From positions 8,603-72,602 of the forward strand of contig JBGFRO010000003.1 of assembly GCA_041695085.1 (NCBI GenBank): a stretch of 64,000 nt of DNA, in the 5' to 3' direction. The stretch is from Bacteroidota bacterium (GTDB lineage Bacteria; Bacteroidota; Ignavibacteria; UBA10030). How positions within the stretch are numbered: the first letter of the stretch is position 1; each line of letters starts with the position of its first letter. The notes beneath the pieces are model-generated. The model worked only from the letters and a program-made list of their open reading frames with translations. It had not been told where the DNA came from and did no database searches. The translations under genes were made by a program, and so were the position numbers. This document shows positions 1 to 8,158 of this stretch, piece after piece.

Positions 1-127
1 CAACACCTCGCACACCGAAGCCCATACGCGTCGCCGCGCCCGGCAAGCCGGCAAGTTCGAAGTTCGCCTGTGCGTTTGCGAACTGCACGCAGATGCTCAT
101 AAAGCAGAGGAGGAAAAGACGCTTCAT
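1..127 (-). CDS. Secreted/outer-membrane protein, N-terminal fragment (gene runs off left edge)
   Basis: ATG at 125-127 on minus strand, 5 nt after the stop of the 133..1671 gene. Translation MKRLFLLCFMSICVQFANAQANFELAGLPG... starts with a classic signal peptide. Too short for the ORF track. Confidence 0.4.
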   Translation of the reverse strand, partial: MKRLFLLCFMSICVQFANAQANFELAGLPGAATRMGFGVRGV

Positions 128-132
128 CACAT

Positions 133-1671
133 TCATTGCAGCACCATGATCTTTCCCCAGATCTCATTTCCGTCGTACTCGATTCTATAGAAGTAGACGC
201 CATTTGCGACACGGCGTCCAAGGTCGTCCATACCGTTCCATATTTCGTCGTGCTCGTGCGATCCTGATCGAACCGCGCCCTGAATCAACGTTCGCACTGG
301 CTGCATGCTGAAATCGAAGATGCGGATCGTCACCGGTTCCGTTTTGCCTTGTGTCCCATAGTGAATCCGAACCACCTCGTCATCCGGCGAGAAAGGGAGT
401 GGATAGGAATAAGTCTGTGTTGTCGGACCAACCGGCTCATAGGTCCGGAAAATAGTCCAACGGGTCGCAAAGGGTTCTGATGGGGAGTCGATGGTGTAAG
501 CGAGACCTTCGTTGGTACCAACCCAGACCGTATCTCCTTGCACGCCGACGGAGTAGAATTTGGGATTTCCAAAACGTTGCAGCGTTTGTGGATCGAACAC
601 CGTCCCACTGCGACTCCACGATTTTCCGATATTGGCTGAGCGATAAAGCCCGCCATCTGCTGCTACATAAACGATGGAATCACGGAAAGCAAAGTTGTGA
701 GGAAAATCTCCAATCAACGTTGTCCGCCATGTGTTTCCACCATCCTCGGTGAAGCTGACGCCTCTTTTTTCATTTGCATCGACGGCATTAATGGTCGCAG
801 CCCATAGGATCTGTTTGCCATTCCAAGATTGCTCAGCCAAAGCCACCACAAAATTGCCGGAGATCGGTTGAAGTTGATTTTGATGATTGAATTTCCGCCA
901 GCTGATTCCTCGATCGGTCGATTTGTTGATTCCCCCCGCCGTACCAACCCAAATGGTCGAGTCGTTCGACGCAAGCACGGAGAAGACACGGTGGTTGAGA
1001 TTTTCGCGGAGGCCTAGTCTTCCGCTTGAAGGGGAGAGGTCGAAATTGAGAGAGTCATCAGGAGAAATAAACTGAATCGAGCCATCAGGAGGAAGGATCA
1101 CACGATCCCATGTTTGACCGTTATTGGTGGACTTGCGCAGCATCCCGGCGAAACTCGCAATCCACACCGTGTTGCTCGTAAGTGCGATATCGAACGTGAC
1201 GTTGTTCTCGGGTACGGTGATGGCAAGTGCAGCAATGCGATTCCTGCCGTACGTCAGCGTGTCGACGGTGCCCGTGTCCACCGGTTGTTTCACGAACCTC
1301 CACGTCGTGCCGCCGTCGGTTGAGTAATGGAGGCCGGCTCCAATCTGAATCACGTCCCCGTTTCGCCGTTCGGAATATGCCGATGCCACCCACATCGTGT
1401 TCCCGCGTCGGGCGAGCGCTGAGATACCGCGGCTTTCAAACGGGGGCACGTTGGCGAAGTTCTTCCATCGCTTACCACCATCCACCGATTGGCTCAACCC
1501 TCTTCCCGATCCGATCCAAATCGTATCGCCGGCAACAAGGATATCGTTGATAGAATTGCTCTTCGGTAGGAGTGAACGTTCTTCCGCGTTTACACGAAAC
1601 GAGGTGGGGAGTTGTCCAAACGCGTGTGCTGCGAACGAAAGCATGAGACCAGTGAGAACGAAGGATCTCAT
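133..1671 (-). CDS. BNR/Asp-box repeat beta-propeller protein with T9SS C-terminal sorting domain
   Basis: Signal peptide MRSFVLTGLMLSFAAHAFGQ. Repeated S-x-D-x-G-x-T/S-W Asp-boxes (SVDGGKRW, STDGGTTW, STNNGQTW, STDRGISW, TEDGGNTW). C-terminal ~80 aa (…VTIRIFDFSMQPVRTL…GVYFYRIEYDG…) resembles a type A Por/T9SS sorting domain. Confidence 0.75.
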   Translation of the reverse strand: MRSFVLTGLMLSFAAHAFGQLPTSFRVNAEERSLLPKSNSINDILVAGDTIWIGSGRGLSQSVDGGKRWKNFANVPPFESRGISALARRGNTMWVASAYSERRNGDVIQIGAGLHYSTDGGTTWRFVKQPVDTGTVDTLTYGRNRIAALAITVPENNVTFDIALTSNTVWIASFAGMLRKSTNNGQTWDRVILPPDGSIQFISPDDSLNFDLSPSSGRLGLRENLNHRVFSVLASNDSTIWVGTAGGINKSTDRGISWRKFNHQNQLQPISGNFVVALAEQSWNGKQILWAATINAVDANEKRGVSFTEDGGNTWRTTLIGDFPHNFAFRDSIVYVAADGGLYRSANIGKSWSRSGTVFDPQTLQRFGNPKFYSVGVQGDTVWVGTNEGLAYTIDSPSEPFATRWTIFRTYEPVGPTTQTYSYPLPFSPDDEVVRIHYGTQGKTEPVTIRIFDFSMQPVRTLIQGAVRSGSHEHDEIWNGMDDLGRRVANGVYFYRIEYDGNEIWGKIMVLQ

Positions 1672-1673
1672 AT

Positions 1674-2597
1674 TCAGCGCACCGTCATGCGATGAATGAG
1701 GAGATTGCTTGCCGCGCCCGCACGATCGTACGCCTGGAATTCGAATCGATACGTCCCCCTCTGTGTAGAAGCCGGAAGGAGTATGCGCAGGCTGTAGATT
1801 CCATCACCTCGTGTCTCGTCTCCACTCGGTCCATTGCGGTTTCCGTCGTCGAACATTTCAAACGGATTTCCGCTCGACGGAGCGCCATTTGGTCGATACG
1901 AGTTAAAGAAAACGCGAGCAATATCCTGCAAACCGTTCGGATCACTCGCCCGAACTCGGAGCTGGATGAGCTGGTCTTGATTCGAAAGTGAGACCGTATC
2001 GGGTGCCTGGAGATCCGAGAGCACCGGCGGTTGGTTTGAGCGGACGACACGGAATGGTTCGTACAACGTTTTTGTCCGGTGCCCCTGAACAGTTTCACCG
2101 AAAGCTTCAATCCAGTAGGTTCCCACCTCGACTCGTTTGATGATGAATTCAAGCCTGCCGCTAAATTCTCCATCGTTGGCTTGTAGGTCGGGCGATGCGC
2201 CGTCATCGCGCAACGCGAGCGAGGTGATGGGGGATGAGGAGAGGTCTTTTCTAACACGCGCTGCGGCGGTGAGATTGGAAGGCGTCGAGGAAAACCTCAT
2301 CCGCACCGTCGTCGAGACCGTCACTGTTTCCGTGGGAGTGCCAGGTGAGATTCTGATGGTATCAATATCAACCGTCGTAGGGGATAATTGCAGCGAGGAG
2401 GGGGAGGGAAGAAGCACCTGCGAATCGATGACAGACTCAGTTCCTCGCTCACATCCAGCAAACATAAGAAGAAAGAGAACAACAAATGCAGCGCTGGTCC
2501 ACAGGATAGCTTGGGCCCACGCGGAGGGTGCAGTCCGGAGAGGTTGAGTTACACGAGCACCTATTTGAGAACGAGGGAGAGAGTTAAGCCGAAACAA
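1674..2597 (-). CDS. Putative lipoprotein with Ig-like/choice-of-anchor-type domains (hypothetical)
   Basis: Hydrophobic leader ending in lipobox-like LLMFAGC. DDG…GD…GDGIYS motif near the C-terminus, as in Ig-like surface proteins. 2-nt gap to the downstream gene. TTG start in the ORF track, so the start is uncertain. Confidence 0.5.
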   Translation of the reverse strand: MFRLNSLPRSQIGARVTQPLRTAPSAWAQAILWTSAAFVVLFLLMFAGCERGTESVIDSQVLLPSPSSLQLSPTTVDIDTIRISPGTPTETVTVSTTVRMRFSSTPSNLTAAARVRKDLSSSPITSLALRDDGASPDLQANDGEFSGRLEFIIKRVEVGTYWIEAFGETVQGHRTKTLYEPFRVVRSNQPPVLSDLQAPDTVSLSNQDQLIQLRVRASDPNGLQDIARVFFNSYRPNGAPSSGNPFEMFDDGNRNGPSGDETRGDGIYSLRILLPASTQRGTYRFEFQAYDRAGAASNLLIHRMTVR

Positions 2598-2703
2598 TGA
2601 TTGCCATCCTTACTAAAAATGAGACCATCCGTTATCGTAGCAATCGCGAGTTGTTTCAGCACTCCTTTGTTCGATGGGGAATGATAACCGCTTGCCAAAA
2701 GAA

Positions 2704-3169
2704 AACCGCGAAGACGCGAAGAATGAGGATCATAAGGTGTTACAGCCCATTCACCATGCGTTTGATGCCGTTTTTCATCAAGACCACATTCCAATTGAGA
2801 GGAAACCCCAGACGCAGATTCCTCAATCTCATATATGTCAACAATTGAGCTTCATACAACGGTAACATGTGTTCTACTGCTTTGTTTTCGATCGCCACCG
2901 CTTCTTCGACCAATGTATCGATCCTATAGCCGGCATCGATCCTCTCGCCATCGTAGATGATGGGGACGATAAACTCCGTTTCTACTTTGAGGCCGCGTTT
3001 TCGAAGTTCATACGCATGGCATTTTTGATAGGCAGATTCCAACAAACCTGGACCAAGCGCTTTATGCACTTTTATAGCTGCATCCACAATAATTGCTGCA
3101 ATTTCCTCAATGTCTGCCGTCTCTTTCATAACCCGTCTTTACCTTTGCGCCCTTAGCGACTTCGCGGTT
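2704..3169. repeat. Inverted-repeat arms (2704-2721 and 3152-3169) bracketing the GxxExxY gene
   Basis: AACCGCGAAGACGCGAAG on + strand at 2704-2721. The reverse complement of 3152-3169 is AACCGCGAAGTCGCTAAG, so 16 of 18 positions are complementary. Each arm is AAC plus a tandem CGCGAAG heptamer. Confidence 0.7.
2740..3129 (-). CDS. GxxExxY protein (PD-(D/E)XK-like fold family)
   Basis: 129 aa. N-terminal …IVDAAIKVHKALGPGLLESAYQKCHAYEL… carries the family-defining G-x-x-E-x-x-Y (GLLESAY). The remainder (…PIIYDG…IDTLVEEAVAIENKAV…QLLTYMRL…) matches my memory of the family. Confidence 0.85.
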   Translation of the reverse strand: MKETADIEEIAAIIVDAAIKVHKALGPGLLESAYQKCHAYELRKRGLKVETEFIVPIIYDGERIDAGYRIDTLVEEAVAIENKAVEHMLPLYEAQLLTYMRLRNLRLGFPLNWNVVLMKNGIKRMVNGL

Positions 3170-3274
3170 CGTCTTACAACATATCAGCGGCAGGAGAGAT
3201 TGAGTAGTCACTGAGGATCGTTACGTGTTGGCGCACAATGTTAAGGAACAGGAGCCTCAATGTCAACATCAATT

Positions 3275-4330
3275 TCAGAACGGAATCGTGAACGGAATAA
3301 AGGAAAAACACAGAATCAAGATGACCAACGTGATCCAACCGATGCGCATCCGCACATCATCCAGAGGCGTTTCGTCGGGAACCGGTGGATGGTAGAGTTT
3401 CACAAAGTAGTACGAGATCATTGCCCAGAGAAACCATCCGCTCCAGCTGTACTCGGCGAAGGGGATCACCTGTGAGCTCGGCTCGTTCGTGATTGTTGAG
3501 CTGATCATTCGCAGTATTGAATCGAGGACGGATGGAAGTCCCATGACGATGAGAGCAATAAATGCAGAACGAGCAACGATGCGATGTCGCTCTCCGAGCA
3601 TCGCGTAGATCAGGTGCCCGCCATCAAACTGTCCAATGGGTATAAGATTCATCGCCGTGACGAACAGTCCAAACCATCCAACGACGAGAAACGGATAGTG
3701 ATACATCTCCGTCATCGGCGGAACGAATTGTTGAGTGGGATCGGTCAGCAATGCACTCAGCATGGAATAGAGCAACGTCGAACCGAACTCCAGAGGCACG
3801 CCTTGTGAAGTTGGGTCGGCGTTGATGCTGAAATCATAATTCGGATGAATGTTCAGAATGTACTCCGGACCGGGGAGTGTCAGAAAGCCATAGATGAGAA
3901 CGATGAGACACGCCACGAATCCCGCCAACGGTCCGGCGACTCCTATATCGAACATCACCTTCTTCGAAGGAACCACCGATCGTGTTCGGATGACGGCACC
4001 GAGAGTTCCGAAGTTGAGCAAGAACGGTACGGGAGGGAATGGAATAAAATAGGGTAACGTGACCTTCACGTTGTGATAACGTGCCGCAAAGTAGTGACCG
4101 AATTCGTGGCAACCCAGAATGAAGAGCATGGAGATCGAGTACTCGAGTCCGAGGTGAAAATTTTCAAGTTCGAACGGATTGTACCCAACCCACTGTACTC
4201 CAGCAACCGTTGTGGTGAAGAACGTCAAAAGAAACAGCACGAGATTGATGAGGTAGCGAAGGTCAAGAGCCGATTCAGACGGGGAGTAGTGTTGATCAGA
4301 CGGTTGAGGTTCTTGATAGCTCATGCGCAA
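3275..4330 (-). CDS. Site-2 protease family (M50) membrane metalloprotease
   Basis: Multi-pass membrane protein with HEFGHYFAARYH (HExxH) and a second NLIPIGQFDGGH motif typical of M50/S2P. Confidence 0.85.
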   Translation of the reverse strand: MRMSYQEPQPSDQHYSPSESALDLRYLINLVLFLLTFFTTTVAGVQWVGYNPFELENFHLGLEYSISMLFILGCHEFGHYFAARYHNVKVTLPYFIPFPPVPFLLNFGTLGAVIRTRSVVPSKKVMFDIGVAGPLAGFVACLIVLIYGFLTLPGPEYILNIHPNYDFSINADPTSQGVPLEFGSTLLYSMLSALLTDPTQQFVPPMTEMYHYPFLVVGWFGLFVTAMNLIPIGQFDGGHLIYAMLGERHRIVARSAFIALIVMGLPSVLDSILRMISSTITNEPSSQVIPFAEYSWSGWFLWAMISYYFVKLYHPPVPDETPLDDVRMRIGWITLVILILCFSFIPFTIPF

Positions 4331-4437
4331 GGAAACACAGATTCAGACGTTACTTTCAACATCGGTTGTGGAATCGATTAAACGTAGCAATTGTTGCAAC
4401 CATCTTGTGATGATCAAAATAGCGAAACTTCAGAGCG

Positions 4438-4489
4438 AAACAAAATAAAAACTCCGACACCGTTGCTGGAGTGCAAGCGTGTCGGAGTT
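4438..4489 (-). terminator. Rho-independent terminator of the small 4519..4716 gene
   Basis: On the minus strand, an 11-bp stem AACTCCGACAC/GTGTCGGAGTT (4450-4460 with 4479-4489) is followed by TTTTATTTTGTTT. Confidence 0.7.
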
Positions 4490-4518
4490 TGAGACTTAAG
4501 AAAGGTGAGAAGAAGCTG

Positions 4519-4716
4519 TTATGGACGAGGCGTGTCTTCGGGCATTGGTAGCACATTGCTGGAATGGACTTGCGTAGTCGGCCGAGGCGTATCTTCGGGC
4601 ATTGGTAGCACATTGCTGCTGCGTGCCGCATATGAAATGGCATAGTTGGTCGCAAACGTGAGGGCGAGTGCGATTGCAACGGAACGGAAACGTTTGACGG
4701 TGCGGGAGGTAATCAT
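4519..4716 (-). CDS. Small secreted peptide with tandem SSNVLPMPEDTPRP repeat (hypothetical)
   Basis: 65 aa. Signal-like N-terminus (RSVAIALALTFATNYAISYAA), then two copies of SSNVLPMPEDTPRP encoded by a 41-bp direct repeat (4523-4563, 4580-4620). Has its own terminator directly downstream. Confidence 0.45.
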   Translation of the reverse strand: MITSRTVKRFRSVAIALALTFATNYAISYAARSSNVLPMPEDTPRPTTQVHSSNVLPMPEDTPRP

Positions 4717-4955
4717 GGGTGACTCCTTTTAGTTAGGTGATTTGTGGATGGATTGTGATTCGGATCACGAATTTCGTGATCAGTGAAGCAGGTTGACGCT
4801 AATTTTAGCCAATTTCGCATCATAGTCAACGATTTCTTAATGTTTGGGCATTTCCTATCCAGAAACACAGTAAATCAATGTTCTAAGTTCTTGAAATGGA
4901 AGGACTTACCCTATCGCAACCTTCCATTGAATCATTCCGGGCGCAAAGATTTTTC

Positions 4956-4984
4956 TTGACATCAACTTCAAGTGGTCGTATATT
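4956..4984 (+). promoter_or_regulatory. Sigma-70-type promoter for the 5012 gene
   Basis: TTGACA (4956-4961), exactly 17 nt of spacer, then TATATT (4979-4984). GAGGAGG Shine-Dalgarno and a TTG start at 5012 follow. Confidence 0.5.
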
Positions 4985-5011
4985 CGTCGTGCATAACGAC
5001 GAGGAGGTCAC

Positions 5012-6163
5012 TTGAAACTAGGTCGCCAGGTTGTTCTGATCTGGATGGCATTGCTGGCCATCATATCCATTCTGCTTATCACTCTGCCTCATCGTACTCT
5101 GAACACGGTGAGTCTCATCAATGTGGCTTTGATGATGCTCGTAGGAGTCATTTCTTTCTTCATTTTCCTGCGTGAGCCTAATCCAAAGAATCGACCGATA
5201 TTCTTCAACTTTGCGGTCTTCTTCTTAGCCTCTATCTTTTCTGTTTTGTCAACGCTTGTTGGTAAAGCAGTATTTGTGAGCGAACCGTTCGCAAGTTTTT
5301 ATATCTACCAGTACTTCGGCGTTGGATTCCATTTCTTTCTCCTCGCATTTGCCGTTCTCTACGTGGTCTTCGATACTCTTTTCAACGAATTCAAAACGCT
5401 TGGTAAGTACCTTCTGACCTTCCTCGTAGTCGGTGGAACATTCGCCTACTACTATCATCCGATTTTTGAAAATCCAAAGTACGTTTATACTACTGCCGAT
5501 ATTATCGATTTCAAAGAAGTGGATGCGGCGGTGCGCCAACTCAAGGCTGAAGGTAATGAGAATCCCACTCCGGCGCAAATCGCAGAGATCGCCTCTCTTC
5601 ATGCCTGGAACGACAATAAAAAAGTTGGAATGTTGTTTGAAGATCAAGAAGCAATTCGGGTCGCAGAGCTTTTGCCATATTTAGAAGGAAGCAACTTTCT
5701 CACGCTTCTGTATCGCCCTCTACACCTGAATGCCATTTACCTGAACGTCCTTTGTGTCTTCTTCATTCTTGTATTCTTTGGATACCAGTACAAGAACGAT
5801 CCCCCACAGGGGGCGTACATTGAGAAAATCATCTTTCTGTTCTTGCCCTACTCGTCACTTGAAATTCTGCACTATTACGCCTACATTAAGTCGGTCGAAT
5901 ACGCGGGGTACTTGAGCATTTACAGCGTCGGACAGTACCTGACCATCGTCACGCTGTTGTGGCTCCTGCTCTTCTTCGGTCTCCGGTTGAAGTTTATTAG
6001 CAGCGTCAAAGGCGAGTTCTATGAGCGAGAACTGGTTTCTGATTCTGAACATATTAGTCGTTGGCGGGACATTTTTGATAGTCTCGTTGTACGTCATTTT
6101 CTTAACCCGAAAGCGCTTCATGGAAGGTTTTTTACACCGCGCTCGGCACGAAGAGAAACCTAA
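5012..6163 (+). CDS. Polytopic membrane protein, unknown function
   Basis: 383 aa with about 8-10 hydrophobic segments and one ~90-aa soluble loop (…DAAVRQLKAEGNENPTPAQIAEIASLHAWNDNKK…). Strong SD (GAGGAGG) before the TTG start. No motif I can name. Confidence 0.6.
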   Translation: MKLGRQVVLIWMALLAIISILLITLPHRTLNTVSLINVALMMLVGVISFFIFLREPNPKNRPIFFNFAVFFLASIFSVLSTLVGKAVFVSEPFASFYIYQYFGVGFHFFLLAFAVLYVVFDTLFNEFKTLGKYLLTFLVVGGTFAYYYHPIFENPKYVYTTADIIDFKEVDAAVRQLKAEGNENPTPAQIAEIASLHAWNDNKKVGMLFEDQEAIRVAELLPYLEGSNFLTLLYRPLHLNAIYLNVLCVFFILVFFGYQYKNDPPQGAYIEKIIFLFLPYSSLEILHYYAYIKSVEYAGYLSIYSVGQYLTIVTLLWLLLFFGLRLKFISSVKGEFYERELVSDSEHISRWRDIFDSLVVRHFLNPKALHGRFFTPRSARRET

Positions 6164-6226
6164 TCTGCTCAAACGCATGCTGCTAAAGATCTTCAATTAA
6201 TCCATAATATTTCGAGAGGCTGAGTC

Positions 6227-7219
6227 ATGGTACAAACAACTGATGCATACATCATCGGTCGCAGTAAAGCGATCGAGCAACTGAAGAAGCAAATCGCGAA
6301 GCTCGCCAAGAACGAGAAAGACGTCGTCATCGTCGGAGAACCGGGAGTTGGGAAGGGCGTCGTCGCGAAACGCATCCACCTTGAGCGGTTTGGTGACCTT
6401 GAGGGGAAACATCCGCTCTACTCGCTCAATGCATTTGTCATTGACGACAAGGAACTTGAAGCGACGCTCTTCGGCTTTGAGAAAGGCGTTCCGGGCATGC
6501 CGCCGACGACAAAGCGCGGACTCTTCGAACTTGCCGAGGGGGGAACCGTTCTGCTCGAGGAGATCGAGGAAGCAAGCTTCCGTAATCAAATGAAGATTGC
6601 GGAATTCATACGGGAGCGAAAAGCGCGCCGCCTCGGAAGCGACGAAGCCCGATCCATCAACGTTCGCATTATGACGACGATGAAGCGCACGGCGGACGAA
6701 TTATACGAAAACCACAAATTGTTCGACGACCTCTACAACGAGCTGAAAAAGTTTGAGGAGGTGTCGATTCTCCCGCTGCGCGACCGACCGGAGGACATTC
6801 CGCTGCTGGTGAAACACTTCGTAAGCGAGATCTGTGCCGATCTCGGTATCAAAGACGTCGCAATCGACATCAACGCTATTGATGTTCTCGTTCGCCATCC
6901 TTGGCGGGAGAATATCCGCGAGCTGAAAGCTGTCATCGACAAGTCGATTCTCTTCTCCTCTGGAGGCCGTTTCGTGTTGCCACCCGAGTTAAGTGACGAG
7001 AAGACGGAAGTGGTGAAGATGATCAACAATGTGATGACCGGTCAGGAGTTCGTGCTGGACAACTCCCTGGATGTGATCGAGAAGGGTATTATTGAACGGG
7101 CGCTGCTCAAATTCGGCTTCAATCAATCGCGGGCGGCGTCTTTCCTTGGAATGACCGAACAGACACTGCGCTACAAGCTGAAGCGGTTGGCCATACCAAG
7201 CGCTCGTCAACGTCGTTGA
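6227..7219 (+). CDS. Sigma-54-interaction-domain (AAA+) transcriptional regulator with Fis-type HTH; no receiver domain; GAFTGA degenerate
   Basis: Walker A GEPGVGKGVVAKRIH. Walker B region GGTVLLEEIEE. RDRPEDIPLLVKHF box. C-terminal HTH NQSRAASFLGMTEQTLRYKLKRL. The expected …FGHEKGAFTGA… position reads FGFEKGVPGMPP. Confidence 0.8.
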   Translation: MVQTTDAYIIGRSKAIEQLKKQIAKLAKNEKDVVIVGEPGVGKGVVAKRIHLERFGDLEGKHPLYSLNAFVIDDKELEATLFGFEKGVPGMPPTTKRGLFELAEGGTVLLEEIEEASFRNQMKIAEFIRERKARRLGSDEARSINVRIMTTMKRTADELYENHKLFDDLYNELKKFEEVSILPLRDRPEDIPLLVKHFVSEICADLGIKDVAIDINAIDVLVRHPWRENIRELKAVIDKSILFSSGGRFVLPPELSDEKTEVVKMINNVMTGQEFVLDNSLDVIEKGIIERALLKFGFNQSRAASFLGMTEQTLRYKLKRLAIPSARQRR

Positions 7220-7247
7220 TGGATGCGATGAATTCGTTCTTAGAGAC

Positions 7248-7280
7248 AAACGCCCTCCGCCGGAGGGCGTTTGTATTTTA
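7248..7280 (+). terminator. Rho-independent terminator after the AAA+ regulator gene
   Basis: Stem CGCCCTCC/GGAGGGCG (7251-7258 with 7262-7269), flanked by AAA on the left and TTTGTATTTTA on the right, 29 nt after the stop codon. Confidence 0.65.
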
Positions 7281-8032
7281 CAAATGTCCGACTACAAATG
7301 TCCGACCCCTGACGGGGTCGAGATGAACGTTGGTCTTTCAAATCATTTCTACAAATGTCCGACCCCTGACGGGGTCGACCGATCGCTTTTGTTTTGGGAT
7401 ATCCGACCCCTAACGGGGTCGAGATGGACGTTTGTCTTTCAAATCATTTCTACAAATGTCCGACCCCTGACGGGGTCGACCGATCGCTTTTGTTTTGGGA
7501 TGTCCGACCCCTGACGGGGTCGAGATGAACGTTGGTCTTTCAAATCATTTCTACAAATGTCCGACCCCTGACGGGGTCGACCGATCGCTTTTGTTTTGGG
7601 ATGTCCGACCCCTGACGGGGTCGGCCGATCGCTTTTGTTTTGGGATGTCCGACCCCTGACGGGGTCGCGATGGACGCTGATATCTCGATCCGAACCGCCG
7701 ATGCGATATTGTTCAACTACAAATGTCCGACCCCTGACGGGGTCGACCGATTGCTTTTGTTTTGGGATATCCGACCCCTGACGGGGTCGAGTTCTACAAA
7801 TGTCCGACCCCTGACGGGGTCGAGATGAACGTTGGTCTTTCAAATCATTTCTACAAATGTCCGACCCCTGACGGGGTCGACCGATCGCTTTTGTTTTGGG
7901 ATATCCGACCCCTCACGGGGTCGAGATGGCCGTTGGTCTCTCAAAGAGACCCTGATGTGACGATGTGCAATTCCTAACGAAATTGAATTCCCTTCTTCGG
8001 TCACAACAAATGACCGATCCCTCACGGGGTCG
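7280..8032. repeat. Array of 14 copies of a 20-nt hairpin (TCCGACCCCTGACGGGGTCG) with two alternating spacer types; REP/BIME-like
   Basis: Copies start at 7301, 7358, 7402, 7459, 7503, 7560, 7604, 7648, 7726, 7770, 7803, 7860, 7904 and 8013 (last two degenerate). 7-bp stem CGACCCC/GGGGTCG with loop TGAC. Spacers are a recurring 37-nt type (AGATGAACGTTGGTCTTTCAAATCATTTCTACAAATG) and a recurring 24-nt type (ACCGATCGCTTTTGTTTTGGGATA). Together they give a 101-bp higher-order unit. Confidence 0.9.
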
Positions 8033-8062
8033 AGAATGGCACGTTCTCTGGCGAAGACGGAC

Positions 8063-8127
8063 AACTCCGTAGGAGTTGGACGTTTCTAGAACTGCATACC
8101 AAAAAAGAATCGAACTCCGTAGGAGTT
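8063..8127. repeat. Two copies of a second small hairpin AACTCCGTAGGAGTT
   Basis: Identical 15-nt palindromes at 8063-8077 and 8113-8127 (stem AACTCC/GGAGTT, loop GTA), just downstream of the stop of the minus-strand PHP gene. Confidence 0.7.
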
Positions 8128-8158
8128 CCACAGAGCAGGTGTGCTGCTTGATTGTAGT

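Noticed and set aside
7280-8032. CRISPR array (regular 20-28-nt repeats with 24-37-nt intervals)
   Set aside because: The intervals are not unique: just two sequences recur 4 and 6 times. Repeat plus spacers form a 101-bp tandem unit. The repeat is a perfect short palindrome. No cas gene or leader lies within the window. I treat it as a REP/BIME-like tandem array.
7284-8131. ORF-track peptides across the hairpin array on both strands (for example 7284..7514, 7439..7843, 7840..8064)
   Set aside because: Their sequences are just the repeat translated over and over (…CPTPDGV…, …RPRQGSD…), they overlap each other in several frames, and they have no start context.
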